In this document: positions 9,107 to 18,107 of the stretch, piece after piece | Layout: each line of letters begins with the position of its first letter | How positions within the stretch are numbered: the first letter of the stretch is position 1 | Assembly (NCBI GenBank): GCA_964291405.2 | Contig: OZ219926.1 | Span: forward strand, 1,952,001 to 2,016,000 | Origin: Thermodesulfobacteriota bacterium | GTDB lineage: Bacteria > Desulfobacterota > Binatia > Bin18 | Length of the DNA stretch: 64,000 bases | Direction of reading: 5' to 3' | Notes under the pieces: model-generated | What the model was told of the DNA's origin: nothing | Seen by the model: only the letters and a program-made list of their open reading frames with translations | Databases searched by the model: none | Position numbers and translations under genes: made by a program

Positions 9107-10402
9107 ATGCCCAAGCAAATCCATCTCGCCTGCTTCGCGCTCTTTACCCCGGCTCCGCATATGCCGCTGTCGTGGATCTATCCGCGCGAGAAGATTCGTC
9201 ACAAATGGTATGAGGGCGAGTACTGGGAATCCGTGGTCCGTACGTTGGAGCGCGGCAAGTTCGACATGCTGTTTTTCGCGGACAGCCTGGCGGGAGGCAC
9301 GCAGCCCGACCAGGTGCGCTACGCCATCCAATTCCCCAGCCACGACCCGGTCTCTCTGATCACCTATCTCTCGGCGGTCGCCAAAAAACTCGGCTTTGCC
9401 GTCACCATGTCCACGACCTTTTACCCGCCGTTTCTGCTGGCCCGGACCCTATCCACCCTCGATCATCTTACCAAGGGCCGGATCGGCTGGAATATCGTGT
9501 CCTCGACCTCAACGGCCGAGGCCAGAAACTTCGGGCTGGAGAGCCTGCCGGCGCATGACGACCGCTATGAGCGCGCCGACGAGTATATGCAGGTCTGCTA
9601 CGGCCTGTGGAACAGTTGGGACCCGGATGCCGTGCAGATGGACATGGAGCACAAGGTCTTTGCCGACCCGTCCAAAGTCCACCGCGTCGATTTTCAGGGG
9701 CAGTGGTATCAGGTCCAGGGGCCGTTTACGGTCATACCCTCTGCCCGCCGGCGGCCGTTTCTTTTTCAGGCCGGCCAGTCGGACCGGGGCCGGGCCTTTG
9801 CCGCCCAACACGCCGAGGGCATCTTCAGTGCCGCGCGCGGCGTCAAGCAGATGCGGGCATTCTGCGAGGATATTGCCAGCCGGGCCGAACGCCTGGGCCG
9901 CAACCCGGACGACATTCCCATCATGTGGGCCGGCCAGCCGCTGGTGGCCGAAAGCGCGTCCGAGGCGCGCGAACGCTGGGCCGCCATTCGCGCCCGGATT
10001 CCGCTCGAAGCCTCATTGGCCCAGATGTCGATGCACTTCAATCTCGACCTGTCCCAGTTTGATATTGACGTGCCGGTCCAGGATTTGGACGTGCCCGGCA
10101 CCAGGGGCCTGTTCGAGATGTATCAAAAATACGACGTGAACATCACACTACGTGATATCGCCAAAACCTATCTGACCGGCAGCGATACCAACCCCTTAGT
10201 CGGCACCCCGTCGCAGGTGGCGGACGCCATGCAGCACTTTCTCGAAGAAGGCGGCGGCAACGGCTTTCAGATCACGCCGCCGTTTTACGCGCCCGACTAT
10301 TATGAAGACTTGGTGAATCTCTTGGTTCCGGAACTCCAGAAGCGCGGAGTCTACCGGGACGACTACACAGGCACGACCTTACGGGAACATCTGTGCGGGT
10401 AG
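9107..10402 (+). CDS. NtaA/DmoA/SnaA family FMN-dependent monooxygenase
   Basis: LERGKFDMLFFAD, LDHLTKGRIGWNIV, FQAGQSDRGRAFAA and TLREHL motifs. Confidence 0.93.
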   Translation: MPKQIHLACFALFTPAPHMPLSWIYPREKIRHKWYEGEYWESVVRTLERGKFDMLFFADSLAGGTQPDQVRYAIQFPSHDPVSLITYLSAVAKKLGFAVTMSTTFYPPFLLARTLSTLDHLTKGRIGWNIVSSTSTAEARNFGLESLPAHDDRYERADEYMQVCYGLWNSWDPDAVQMDMEHKVFADPSKVHRVDFQGQWYQVQGPFTVIPSARRRPFLFQAGQSDRGRAFAAQHAEGIFSAARGVKQMRAFCEDIASRAERLGRNPDDIPIMWAGQPLVAESASEARERWAAIRARIPLEASLAQMSMHFNLDLSQFDIDVPVQDLDVPGTRGLFEMYQKYDVNITLRDIAKTYLTGSDTNPLVGTPSQVADAMQHFLEEGGGNGFQITPPFYAPDYYEDLVNLLVPELQKRGVYRDDYTGTTLREHLCG

Positions 10403-10407
10403 AATAA

Positions 10408-10480
10408 GTAGGTCGGATTAGCGGAGCGTAATCCGACAAACCCAGGATGTCGGGTTACGCCTACGGCTAACCCGACCTAC
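10408..10480. repeat. GTAG-family REP pair (REPIN-like)
   Basis: GTAGGTCGGATTAGCGGAGCGTAATCCGACA ... TGTCGGGTTACGCCTACGGCTAACCCGACCTAC, inverted. Confidence 0.75.
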
Positions 10481-10499
10481 ACGGCTGCCGTTCCGCGTT

Positions 10500-10574
10500 C
10501 GTCATGCCGGACTTGATCCGGCATCCAGAGACCCGGGGCTGAAAGCCTGGATTACGGCTTCCGCCGGAATGACG
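10500..10574. repeat. CGTC-family REP-like palindromic element
   Basis: CGTCATGCCGGACTTGATCCGGCATCCAG ... CTGGATTACGGCTTCCGCCGGAATGACG. Confidence 0.7.
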
Positions 10575-10604
10575 TTGCTAGCGGTGGCCCCAGAGGCAAG
10601 GATG

Positions 10605-11414
10605 CTACGCCGCCTGAGTGTCCTCAGGCAGCTCCATATAGGTCTCGCGCCACTCGCCGGTTTCATCCCAGCGAAAGGGCGTTTGCAGCGTCGTCAGCGG
10701 ATAGCGCGCGGTCTCAAGCAGGTCGAGGGCCATGCCGACGATAGCCCGCTGCATATCCTTATCTCCCGGCTTGCCGCACGGATTGCCGAGCGGAAAGTCG
10801 GTAAAGACAAAGCGCGGCACCCCGCACTGCTCAACAATATCGCGCGCCGAGCCGAGGACGACCGTGGGAATGCCGTGCGCTTCGAGATGCCGGGCGACCA
10901 GACTCACGGTCTGGTGACACACCGGTCACAGGGCGACCAGCAGGGCAATATCGACCCCATCCTCACGGCAGAAGTCGAGGACGGCCGGGGCATCTTCGTG
11001 CACAGTCTGCCGTGCACTATAGACCGTGGGCACGCCGTAAAAGCGCGGCGCCAGGCTGCCAAGCCGACCTTCTTCCACGTACTCGTTTAAGCGGCGGACA
11101 GGCAGAAAGGTTTCGACATCATCGGTATGGGTAGCTGTTTTGTGCCACGACAGGTGATGGGTGTAGAGCGCCTCAGGGGCAGGTCGGGTGGCCGCGGCAT
11201 ACCGACTGCGCTTCCGTCCGCCCTGCAAATCCGGAGCCGCGGTGGTGACCAAGGCGACCCGGCTTTCACTGAGCGGTTTGGTCAGCGGTACGAACGGCGC
11301 GTCCGGGTTGGACGCCCAACGGTAGGGATTGCCGTAGCCCTTCGCCAAGTAGAATTCACGCGATTTGTCGATATAGCTGACAAAGCCACGTTGGGTTGGA
11401 TCGAAATCACTCAT
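10605..11414 (-). CDS. Glycine/sarcosine/betaine/proline reductase selenoprotein B-like protein; Sec at codon 163 (269 aa)
   Basis: ORFs 10926-11414 and 10605-10922 are in frame across the TGA at 10928-10926, giving ...DGVDIALLVAL-U-PVCHQTVSLVARHLEAHGIPTV (UxxC motif). Confidence 0.88.
10897..10915 (-). promoter_or_regulatory. Bacterial SECIS-like hairpin
   Basis: ACCAGAC-CGTGA-GTCTGGT, starting 10 nt after the in-frame UGA. Confidence 0.7.
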
Positions 11415-11438
11415 CGCTGTTCTCCCCTCATCACCCCT

Positions 11439-11508
11439 CCTTCGACTTCGCCCTTTGGGCGACGCTCAGGACACACCGTTCACCCTGAGCGTAGCGGAGC
11501 AAAGTCGC
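11439..11508. repeat. Intergenic palindromic repeat (CCTTCGAC..GCTCAGG / CCTGAGC..GTCG type)
   Basis: CGACTTCGC..ACGCTCAGG ... CCTGAGCGT..GCAAAGTCG inverted arms. Confidence 0.5.
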
Positions 11509-11526
11509 ACGACCAGGTCACTCCCT

Positions 11527-12876
11527 CTACGCGGCCTCCAACTCGGCCAACGCCTCGGCGTCGCTGACGGGCTCGGGCCTACCGTTGGCCAGGGGCCGCG
11601 AGCCGGGTTTTTTCTCAAACGGATCAACCAGCCCCAGCGTCTTGCCGTGCTCGCGCATGGCCGGAATGACGTCGCGGTTGATCAGCTCCAGACAGCGCAT
11701 CCGATCCTTGGCCGGGACCGGGCCGTCCAGCCAGAAAGAGAAGATGCCCGGACGCAGGATATCCTGGATTTTCTTGAGCTTCGGAATCACGTCGTCGGGC
11801 GTACCCGCGATCATGACCATGTCCTTGAGGACACCGGGATAGCTGTCGTAAATGGTCTTTTTGACGGCCTCGATCTCTTCGACCGTCGTTTCCCCGCCCT
11901 CACCGTACAGCGGTCCGGCAGAGGCATTGACGCCGAAGTTCGTCCGGGCCAGCCGGCGGGTCGCCGCCTTCGAGTTATAGCCCGGCGGGAACATCCACTC
12001 GGGCCGGGCAAAGTGGGCAAAGGCGCCACCGTACAGAATACGCTTACCCATTTCTTCCGCGCGCTCCTGGCTATCGGAGACCATGACCGGTTGCAGATAG
12101 CCGAAATTCTCCGGGCCGGCCTGATAGCCCTCACGGGCCGCGGCCTGGTTGTAGAAGTCCCACAGTTCCAGGGTGGGTTCGAGCCGGGTGGCGAGCGCCA
12201 CGTAGGGGTAACGGTTCTTGGCGCACCAGGACACGGTTTCCGGGCTGATGAGGCCGGGAATCCAGAACGGTGGATGGGGCTCCTGGACGGGTAGCACCCA
12301 GGGATTGACGTGCCGGAAGTGGAAGTGTTTGCCCTCATACCGGAACGGACCGGGCTTGGTCCACGACTGGACGATAAAGTCGATGCCCTCTTCAAAGTAT
12401 TCGCGATTAAAGGCCGGGTTGGCATTATTGGCAAGCTGTTCGCTGCCCGCGCCACGAACCCAGCCGGAGATCAGGCGGCCATTGGAGATCAGGTCGATCA
12501 TGGCCAGCTCTTCGGACAGCCGGAGGGCGTTCGAGACAGTGGGAACCGGGTTGCCGAGCAGAGCCATTTTGACCCGGCTGGTCGACTTGGCCAGGACCGA
12601 GGCTTCGACATCCATGACTGCGCCCAGGCAGAAGGGGTTGGCATGGTGCTCGTTGAGCATGATGCCGTCAAAGTTCATCAGCTCCTGGTCGGTGTAGATC
12701 TTCTCATCGAGATACTGGTTGAGCAGCCGCACGCCGTGCTTGCGGTCAAAAAAGCTGTTCGGCGTGCCGAAAAAGCTGCGTTTGCGAATGATCTCGTTTT
12801 CGAGGTCGCGGTATTGCTCAGGATGTTCCTCCGGGTCGTAGTGATACGCACGTTCCGTAAACCACATGAAATGCAT
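11527..12876 (-). CDS. Luciferase-like (LLM class) flavin-dependent oxidoreductase
   Basis: FDGIMLNEHH, EELAMIDLISNGRL and GTPDDV motifs. ATG 12876 follows AGGAGG. Confidence 0.9.
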   Translation of the reverse strand: MHFMWFTERAYHYDPEEHPEQYRDLENEIIRKRSFFGTPNSFFDRKHGVRLLNQYLDEKIYTDQELMNFDGIMLNEHHANPFCLGAVMDVEASVLAKSTSRVKMALLGNPVPTVSNALRLSEELAMIDLISNGRLISGWVRGAGSEQLANNANPAFNREYFEEGIDFIVQSWTKPGPFRYEGKHFHFRHVNPWVLPVQEPHPPFWIPGLISPETVSWCAKNRYPYVALATRLEPTLELWDFYNQAAAREGYQAGPENFGYLQPVMVSDSQERAEEMGKRILYGGAFAHFARPEWMFPPGYNSKAATRRLARTNFGVNASAGPLYGEGGETTVEEIEAVKKTIYDSYPGVLKDMVMIAGTPDDVIPKLKKIQDILRPGIFSFWLDGPVPAKDRMRCLELINRDVIPAMREHGKTLGLVDPFEKKPGSRPLANGRPEPVSDAEALAELEAA

Positions 12877-13078
12877 AGTCCGTCCTCCTACTGTGAAAAA
12901 ATTAGAAATATAAGAGACGGGCGGATGAGGCAAGAGGAAATCTGATCGGGTAGTGGTTCAGTTTGAAATCTTTTTCTTACGGGATTCCTTAGTTTAAGCC
13001 CCTGATTCTCGACCGTTCTTGACAACCTATTTTCTCTTCTGCATTTTTACGCCCATCTTGCATCGGAGAGGGAACTGC

Positions 13079-13477
13079 ATGAGAAGATGGAAATATCTCG
13101 GACTGATCGGACTCCTGCTTGTCCTGCACGGCTGTTCGGTCGGGATGGCCATGTCTGGACGGCCTGACCCGAATACCGGCGCATTGCGGGTCGGGCAGGC
13201 CCGCGATGAAGTCTTGTTACATTTGGGACAACCGACACAGACCTATGCTACGGAGACGGGCCGGACGGATACCTTGCATCTACAACGCGGGAACCAGCCC
13301 TCCACGGGCCGGGCGGTCGGCCATGCAGTCATGGATGTCTTGACACTAGGAGCCTGGGAGATCATTGGGACACCGGTGGAAGGATTTACAGGCGAAAAGT
13401 TCACGATCTCGGTCTCCTACGACAAAGAAGAGCGAGTCACAAAGATTGCGACCGCGCCAGGAGTTCCTGAATTTTAA
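13079..13477 (+). CDS. Putative lipoprotein
   Basis: MRRWKYLGLIGLLLVLHG-C signal peptide with lipobox. Confidence 0.75.
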   Translation: MRRWKYLGLIGLLLVLHGCSVGMAMSGRPDPNTGALRVGQARDEVLLHLGQPTQTYATETGRTDTLHLQRGNQPSTGRAVGHAVMDVLTLGAWEIIGTPVEGFTGEKFTISVSYDKEERVTKIATAPGVPEF

Positions 13478-13501
13478 CCTTACCCCTCATCAAATGGCAG
13501 A

Positions 13502-13626
13502 ATGAGCACGTTTGGCGACGATCTGATCCAGTCTCTTAATGAGGCCCTCGCCCACGCAAAGGGCAATGGTCCTGCCATTCTTCACACTGTTGTGACTCCG
13601 CGCGAGGTTCGGAAGCAAGCGAACCT
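13502..13626 (+). pseudogene. 5' half of a HigA/YiaG-type XRE HTH antitoxin
   Basis: MSTFGDDLIQSLNEALAHAKG...TPREVRKQANL, then homology is lost. The matching 3' half is at 18108-18299. Confidence 0.75.
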
Positions 13627-13754
13627 TCGGGTTCGACAAGTTCCGCCTGCTGCCAGAAGGTCTCGTCCAACTCGGGAATATCGCTGAAGTCGATGTCCTC
13701 ATCCTCCGTGGCCGCGATTTGTCGTGGGGTGAGGGGTTTATCGTATCCGCTCAT
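13627..13754 (-). pseudogene. N-terminal fragment of a BrnA-type antitoxin
   Basis: ...EDEDIDFSDIPELDETFWQQAELVEP, truncated where it meets the HTH fragment. Confidence 0.7.
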
Positions 13755-13770
13755 GGTAAGCCTGCCTTCG

Positions 13771-14007
13771 TCATCCGGCGTCATCTTTCCCGATCCACTC
13801 ACGGAGCGCCTGGTCAATCCGTGTCTGCCATCCACGACCACCGGCCTTGAAGTAATCGATCACGTCCTGCGACAGACGGATAGTCGTTGACACTGTCGGT
13901 TTGGCGACCGGCGGCCTGCCACGGCGGACGGTCGCCGTGGCGAACTTCTCCGGCCAGCCGTCCCCGGACAGGTCTGGTGCCGTATCCCGATCAAAATCTT
14001 GTGGCAT
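13771..14007 (-). CDS. brnA: BrnA antitoxin (orphan)
   Basis: RRGRPP..KPTVSTTIRLSQDVIDYFKAGGRGWQTRIDQALREW. Confidence 0.85.
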   Translation of the reverse strand: MPQDFDRDTAPDLSGDGWPEKFATATVRRGRPPVAKPTVSTTIRLSQDVIDYFKAGGRGWQTRIDQALREWIGKDDAG

Positions 14008-14331
14008 AGAGCGTTCATTCCGGTACTGGCTGAATTCGGTCACTCGGGCTCAAGCGCAGCCATTCGGGGTGATTTGAGTGGTGGCGTTTGAATGGGGGGA
14101 GTGGCTGCGTTTGGGTCGTGGGAGGGGGTGGGACGGATTCAACCTATCTTTTCCCAGTTCCCCACGGGATTGACGGAGACGGCCCAAACGAATAGGGTCT
14201 GCCCGCCAAAAATAGTATATAGATTTCCCTTCCATTCTGCACAAAGTAGGCGCTATTCCTTTAGGACCTCAACCATTTCTCTTTCCGTCATGGGCGCGCG
14301 GGCGGTCGTCCAACCGCCCGCGCGCTGGTCG

Positions 14332-16944
14332 TTATTCAACATCCACAATCTGGAAGTTCTGCGAAGCTTGGTGCCATTGCAGAATGACCGTGGTGCCCGG
14401 TTCAGGAAAATCCTCCACCCGCACCCGTTCACTCTCCACGTCCTCCAGAAACTCCTCATCAGAAATACGGATCACTTCCATGAGGTTCGTGTCCGGGGTG
14501 AAGGTTCCATCATCGGCTTCCCAGCCGATTTGCTGGCGGCCCACAAAAGCCCGGACGTTATAGAGACCCGCGTCCAAATGATTCAAATTGAAGGTACCGC
14601 CAAAGCCAAAACCGTGGTCCGGTTTCGGGTTACATTCCTCGGCGCGTGTCACATCGGCGCGTGGCGAGCCATAGGGCACGATGAACGCGGGAACCGCCAG
14701 ACGGTTGCGGCGTTGGTCACGAATCTCGATCCGTACGCCATTGCCATCATCCTGACAGACCCACCCGCGCACCATCACCACCCCACTGCGGATGTCGTCG
14801 TGGCCGGGTTCTTCCAAGACGCCGTGGGGGTCGGGGTCGATTTCGGTATCGGTGTCCGTGTCGGTGTCCGTAACCGGCGGTCGGGTCGTGGGCTCCTCGA
14901 CGGTGACATCCTCGGCAAAGTTGGCGGTCAGATCATAGCTCCCTTCCGTCGTGCCGGTTTGTCCCTCGACTTCCAGCAGATAAAGGCCAGGGGTCACATT
15001 GGCCGCAATGCGGAAATTGTTGTCGGACCCGCCATTATCATTCAATTGGATAGGAGTACCGTCTGGTCCATACAGCGTGGCCTTCACGTCGATCCCACCG
15101 GTACTCTGAAGATATAGCGCCCCTGCGGAGGTGACCTCGAACAGATACCGATTGCGGTCTTTTTCGGCGTTGGTACCTTGAGGGTCGATGGTTTGCCCCG
15201 TCAGAATACGTGTCGGCTGGACACTGGTATCAGTCCCGTCCACGACGGCATCGAAACGGAAACTGATCCCGTAGCTCCCATCTTTAGTGCTGGTCACGTG
15301 GACCAAATGCGGCATGTCCGCTTGTACGGGCACAGCAAACCGGAAATGGGGTGTGCGCGTATCTGTCGCAATCTGGCCGCGTGCCCCATAGAGCGCTCCT
15401 TGTGTTTGGGCAATCGGCGTTGTGGCACCATCTACCCCTCTGACGGTTAGCCAGCCAGCCTTGCCGGGTGTAAAGACAAATACGTCCTGATCCGCTTGAT
15501 TATTGTCTTCAGACCGACGTGCAATCGACAACTCCGTGTCATCATCCAGGACGGTTCCAGTCCAAGCGGGCGCAGGCTCGACCGTCACATCGGTGATTCC
15601 AGCAGTAAACATGGCAACTGCGAATGCCACATCCAGGGTGTAACGACCAGTGATATGGTCTTCTTGGCCCGCGACTCGCAGGGTATAGGCGGTATCCTGT
15701 TGCAATATTGGTACGGCCATTACGAAATTGCCGCTCGTGCCTCCGTCCTCCGCCACGATATTCATGCGATTAGCGACAGGACCCGTTGCTCCGACAAGCG
15801 TCCCTTTTGTATCCGTTTGGCCTGTGGTCTTCAGGGTCAGCAGTCCGGGGGCGGTGACGGTCAGACTATGGGAGACCACGGCTCCCCGGCTGCTGATGTC
15901 GCCCTGTCGGCCCGGCAGGGCGTCCGAGAGGACTCCATGGAACTGAACAACCAAATCGGGGGCGGGTAAGTTTGGATTCCCGTCGATGTTGGGCCGGAGG
16001 GAATTCAGCGTCGGTGTATCTGGGTCCGATTGGACGGTCACAAGAATATACTCGCCTTCCCCGGAGTTAACTGTGGCCCGAAGTTCTAAGCCTTCATGAG
16101 GGTCTTCGCTGATTGCTTCCGCTACCAAAGTAGCCGCTGCCTCTGCCAACCAGCCAGCCACCCCCGTTCCACCGTCACGGTTCGAGTTGATGGTTCCCAG
16201 GTCGCTGATTTCCATATCCGGGGTATTGTCCTTGGCGTTAGTGGAAGAAGTCGTCCCTTGGCCCTTAACCGTTTCCGCGTTTGTCTGCATGGTCCCCGCA
16301 AGTCCCCTTCTGTCGGCGGGAGCAGTTGCCCGTTCCCCCCTATCAGCACTCTCCAGGGCTTTTGAGGCGTTATCGAGGGCCGTGGCAGCCGTCCGCAACG
16401 CTGTGCGGGCATTGTCCTCGGCCTGGCTGGGATTTGGATTCGTCGTCCTATCTCTGAGGGCCGCAGCATCTGTCGCCGCCTTGACGGCAGCATCAGCTGC
16501 GTCAAAGGCTTTCTTCGCCGCACTTTCCTCGGCGATATGGTCGGACGTATAGGTCGTTTTGTAGCGAGCGCGTTCACTGGAACCGTAGCACAGCACCGCA
16601 TCGACCGGTGCCCCATCAGTGGAAAATACCCGCAATTCTCCCGCAGCTAACTGCGGGACGGTAATCTTGGTGTAGCGATAACGTGTGTTTCCCTCCCCAC
16701 TCTCCCCTGTGCCTCGTTTGCTTTCATCATCATCAGTATTCAGCATGGGGGTGATCGTGGCCACGCCCGATCCTGGGGTAATTGCAAAAGTCGCCTCTGG
16801 TGCACTGGCGGTGCCAAAAAAGTCGTTATCCGGCAGCCCTCTACACCCCGGCAGCGCCTGCGTATGCGCCCACACATGTCCACTCAACCCGAGCCACAGG
16901 ACGCCCCCCACGACTCCACCGATGATCTGCTGGTATTTCCTCAT
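14332..16944 (-). CDS. Large secreted/surface protein (870 aa) with PPC-like beta-sandwich repeats
   Basis: ATG 16944 follows GAGGAGG. Signal peptide MRKYQQIIGG..HVWA, Ala-rich insert, repeats of the LxSTGxxDxxGTLYGPDG..NDNGGSDNNFRI type, TDTDTDT linker and a C-terminal beta domain. Confidence 0.8.
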   Translation of the reverse strand: MRKYQQIIGGVVGGVLWLGLSGHVWAHTQALPGCRGLPDNDFFGTASAPEATFAITPGSGVATITPMLNTDDDESKRGTGESGEGNTRYRYTKITVPQLAAGELRVFSTDGAPVDAVLCYGSSERARYKTTYTSDHIAEESAAKKAFDAADAAVKAATDAAALRDRTTNPNPSQAEDNARTALRTAATALDNASKALESADRGERATAPADRRGLAGTMQTNAETVKGQGTTSSTNAKDNTPDMEISDLGTINSNRDGGTGVAGWLAEAAATLVAEAISEDPHEGLELRATVNSGEGEYILVTVQSDPDTPTLNSLRPNIDGNPNLPAPDLVVQFHGVLSDALPGRQGDISSRGAVVSHSLTVTAPGLLTLKTTGQTDTKGTLVGATGPVANRMNIVAEDGGTSGNFVMAVPILQQDTAYTLRVAGQEDHITGRYTLDVAFAVAMFTAGITDVTVEPAPAWTGTVLDDDTELSIARRSEDNNQADQDVFVFTPGKAGWLTVRGVDGATTPIAQTQGALYGARGQIATDTRTPHFRFAVPVQADMPHLVHVTSTKDGSYGISFRFDAVVDGTDTSVQPTRILTGQTIDPQGTNAEKDRNRYLFEVTSAGALYLQSTGGIDVKATLYGPDGTPIQLNDNGGSDNNFRIAANVTPGLYLLEVEGQTGTTEGSYDLTANFAEDVTVEEPTTRPPVTDTDTDTDTEIDPDPHGVLEEPGHDDIRSGVVMVRGWVCQDDGNGVRIEIRDQRRNRLAVPAFIVPYGSPRADVTRAEECNPKPDHGFGFGGTFNLNHLDAGLYNVRAFVGRQQIGWEADDGTFTPDTNLMEVIRISDEEFLEDVESERVRVEDFPEPGTTVILQWHQASQNFQIVDVE

Positions 16945-17654
16945 GCCGTCCTCCTCTCGCGTCCGTTTTGTTTGCCTTGCCCTGCCTTGCCTGGCCCTGT
17001 TTCGCCATGCCATGCCCCTGCCGCGCCTTGCCTCGCCCCGCCCCGCCCAGAACCGTTGACTGGTGCAATACTCACCAGCGCAAACCGGCCAAAATCTCCG
17101 GACTTCTCCGGCCGCCAATCCCCGAGCCCGATGCGGCGCCCCGCGATGGTCAGCCACTGTTCCAGTTGAGAGGCGTCTACTAACTCGTCGTCCGCCTCTA
17201 CCACAAACGTCACGCCCCACTCGTCAAACTTGGCGCGCGTGCGCGGAATGCGGTTACGTTGAATGACCACATTGGTAGTGAACTGCACGGTCTTGCCCAG
17301 TTCTTCCATTGTGGTCCCGAGGGTGCGGTCATAGGAGAATTCTTCAATCTCCTCGACCAACAAGCCTTCTCTCACCTGCGGCCCCTGCTTGAGCTTGCGG
17401 GCCGCCGTCTCGATGCATGAGCGCAGCGCTGCGGCGGGGATTGTCGGGATGCCGCTCTTATCGAGCCACAGGCTCGTCTGACACTCCAATTCCTGCAACC
17501 GCTCCTCATCATGAATGGTGCGATCACGGCCGCGCCTCTTGGCAATCTCGTCCTTCTCCTTGTTGGCCGGGGAGCGTTTGTCGAGGCCCGCTTGACTATT
17601 GTGCATAATCAGCGGTCGCCGGCCGTCCAGACATATCCGGTAACGCTGCATCAT
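16941..17654 (-). CDS. Solo Cas7/RAMP-like protein
   Basis: N-terminal strand YRICLDGRRPLIMHN, PTIPAAALRSCIETAA (like the RAMP PxIPxSSxKG motif) and C-terminal Gly-rich loop IGLGDWRPEKSGDFGRF. RBS AGAGGAG. The CDS is confident; the fold is inferred. Confidence 0.7.
   Translation of the reverse strand: MMQRYRICLDGRRPLIMHNSQAGLDKRSPANKEKDEIAKRRGRDRTIHDEERLQELECQTSLWLDKSGIPTIPAAALRSCIETAARKLKQGPQVREGLLVEEIEEFSYDRTLGTTMEELGKTVQFTTNVVIQRNRIPRTRAKFDEWGVTFVVEADDELVDASQLEQWLTIAGRRIGLGDWRPEKSGDFGRFALVSIAPVNGSGRGGARQGAAGAWHGETGPGKAGQGKQNGRERRTA
16972..17047 (-). repeat. Phased (GGC-NN) pentamer array, 14 units; candidate guide RNA
   Basis: Minus strand reads GGC-GG GGC-GG GGC-GA GGC-AA GGC-GC GGC-AG (G) GGC-AT GGC-AT GGC-GA AAC-AG GGC-CA GGC-AA GGC-AG GGC-AA GGC-AA. 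Confidence 0.85.
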
Positions 17655-17914
17655 CCGCGTCTCCTCTTCACGTCGAGAGTCCCGGCGGGGTGCCGGGCCG
17701 TGTCAACTGCACAACCGTGAGGTAATGTCTCACTTTGAAGCTTATGACCAGAAAAAATGGGGCAGTCCGCCCTCTCCCCAGCTCCCTCTCAGGCATCGTG
17801 TTCTCCTCTCGGCTTCGAGCCCACGCGTTCGTCCGCTGATGACGAATGTTTATGTTCTCTTTTACAATGTCTTATAGATATAGTTTTGCTTATAAATCAC
17901 GTCTGGAAGACGCT

Positions 17915-17944
17915 ATACTATTACTGATAAAGATATATTGTCAA
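17915..17944 (-). promoter_or_regulatory. Putative sigma70 promoter for the Cas7-like/secreted-protein operon
   Basis: TTGACA-18 nt-TAGTAT on the minus strand within an AT-rich stretch (about 17845-17950). Confidence 0.5.
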
Positions 17945-18107
17945 TAAACTATCCCCATCAGACTGTTCGCCTAACATAGTGGTCTATCCATACTGGTCTT
18001 GAACCGCGAGGCGGGTATGAATGACCGAGAGCTGTTAGGGGGTGTCGTCAGTTAAGGAGGATCACCGAAGCGGCGAGGTAAATGGCGCCGAGGAAGCTGC
18101 TGGCGCG

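Noticed and set aside
12951-12970. TAGTGGTTCAGTTTGAAAT as a possible IS/MITE end
   Set aside because: No partner inverted repeat or transposase is visible in the window.
14848-14872. (TCGGTG/TCCGTG)n hexamer repeat
   Set aside because: It encodes the TDTDTDT linker of the secreted protein and is codon-phased.
16972-17047. Pentamer array as a CRISPR array or simple microsatellite
   Set aside because: There are no 25-40-bp repeats with spacers, and the units vary systematically at two positions rather than being identical.
16945-17220. N-terminal 92 aa of the 962-aa ORF 14332-17220
   Set aside because: It overlaps the Cas7-like gene and the pentamer array. The real start is more likely ATG 16944, which has a strong RBS and is followed by a signal peptide.
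17669-17797. 42-codon ORF with RBS upstream of the Cas7-like gene (MPERELGRGRTAPFF...)
   Set aside because: Too short and without motifs. It could be a leader peptide or relic but cannot be supported.
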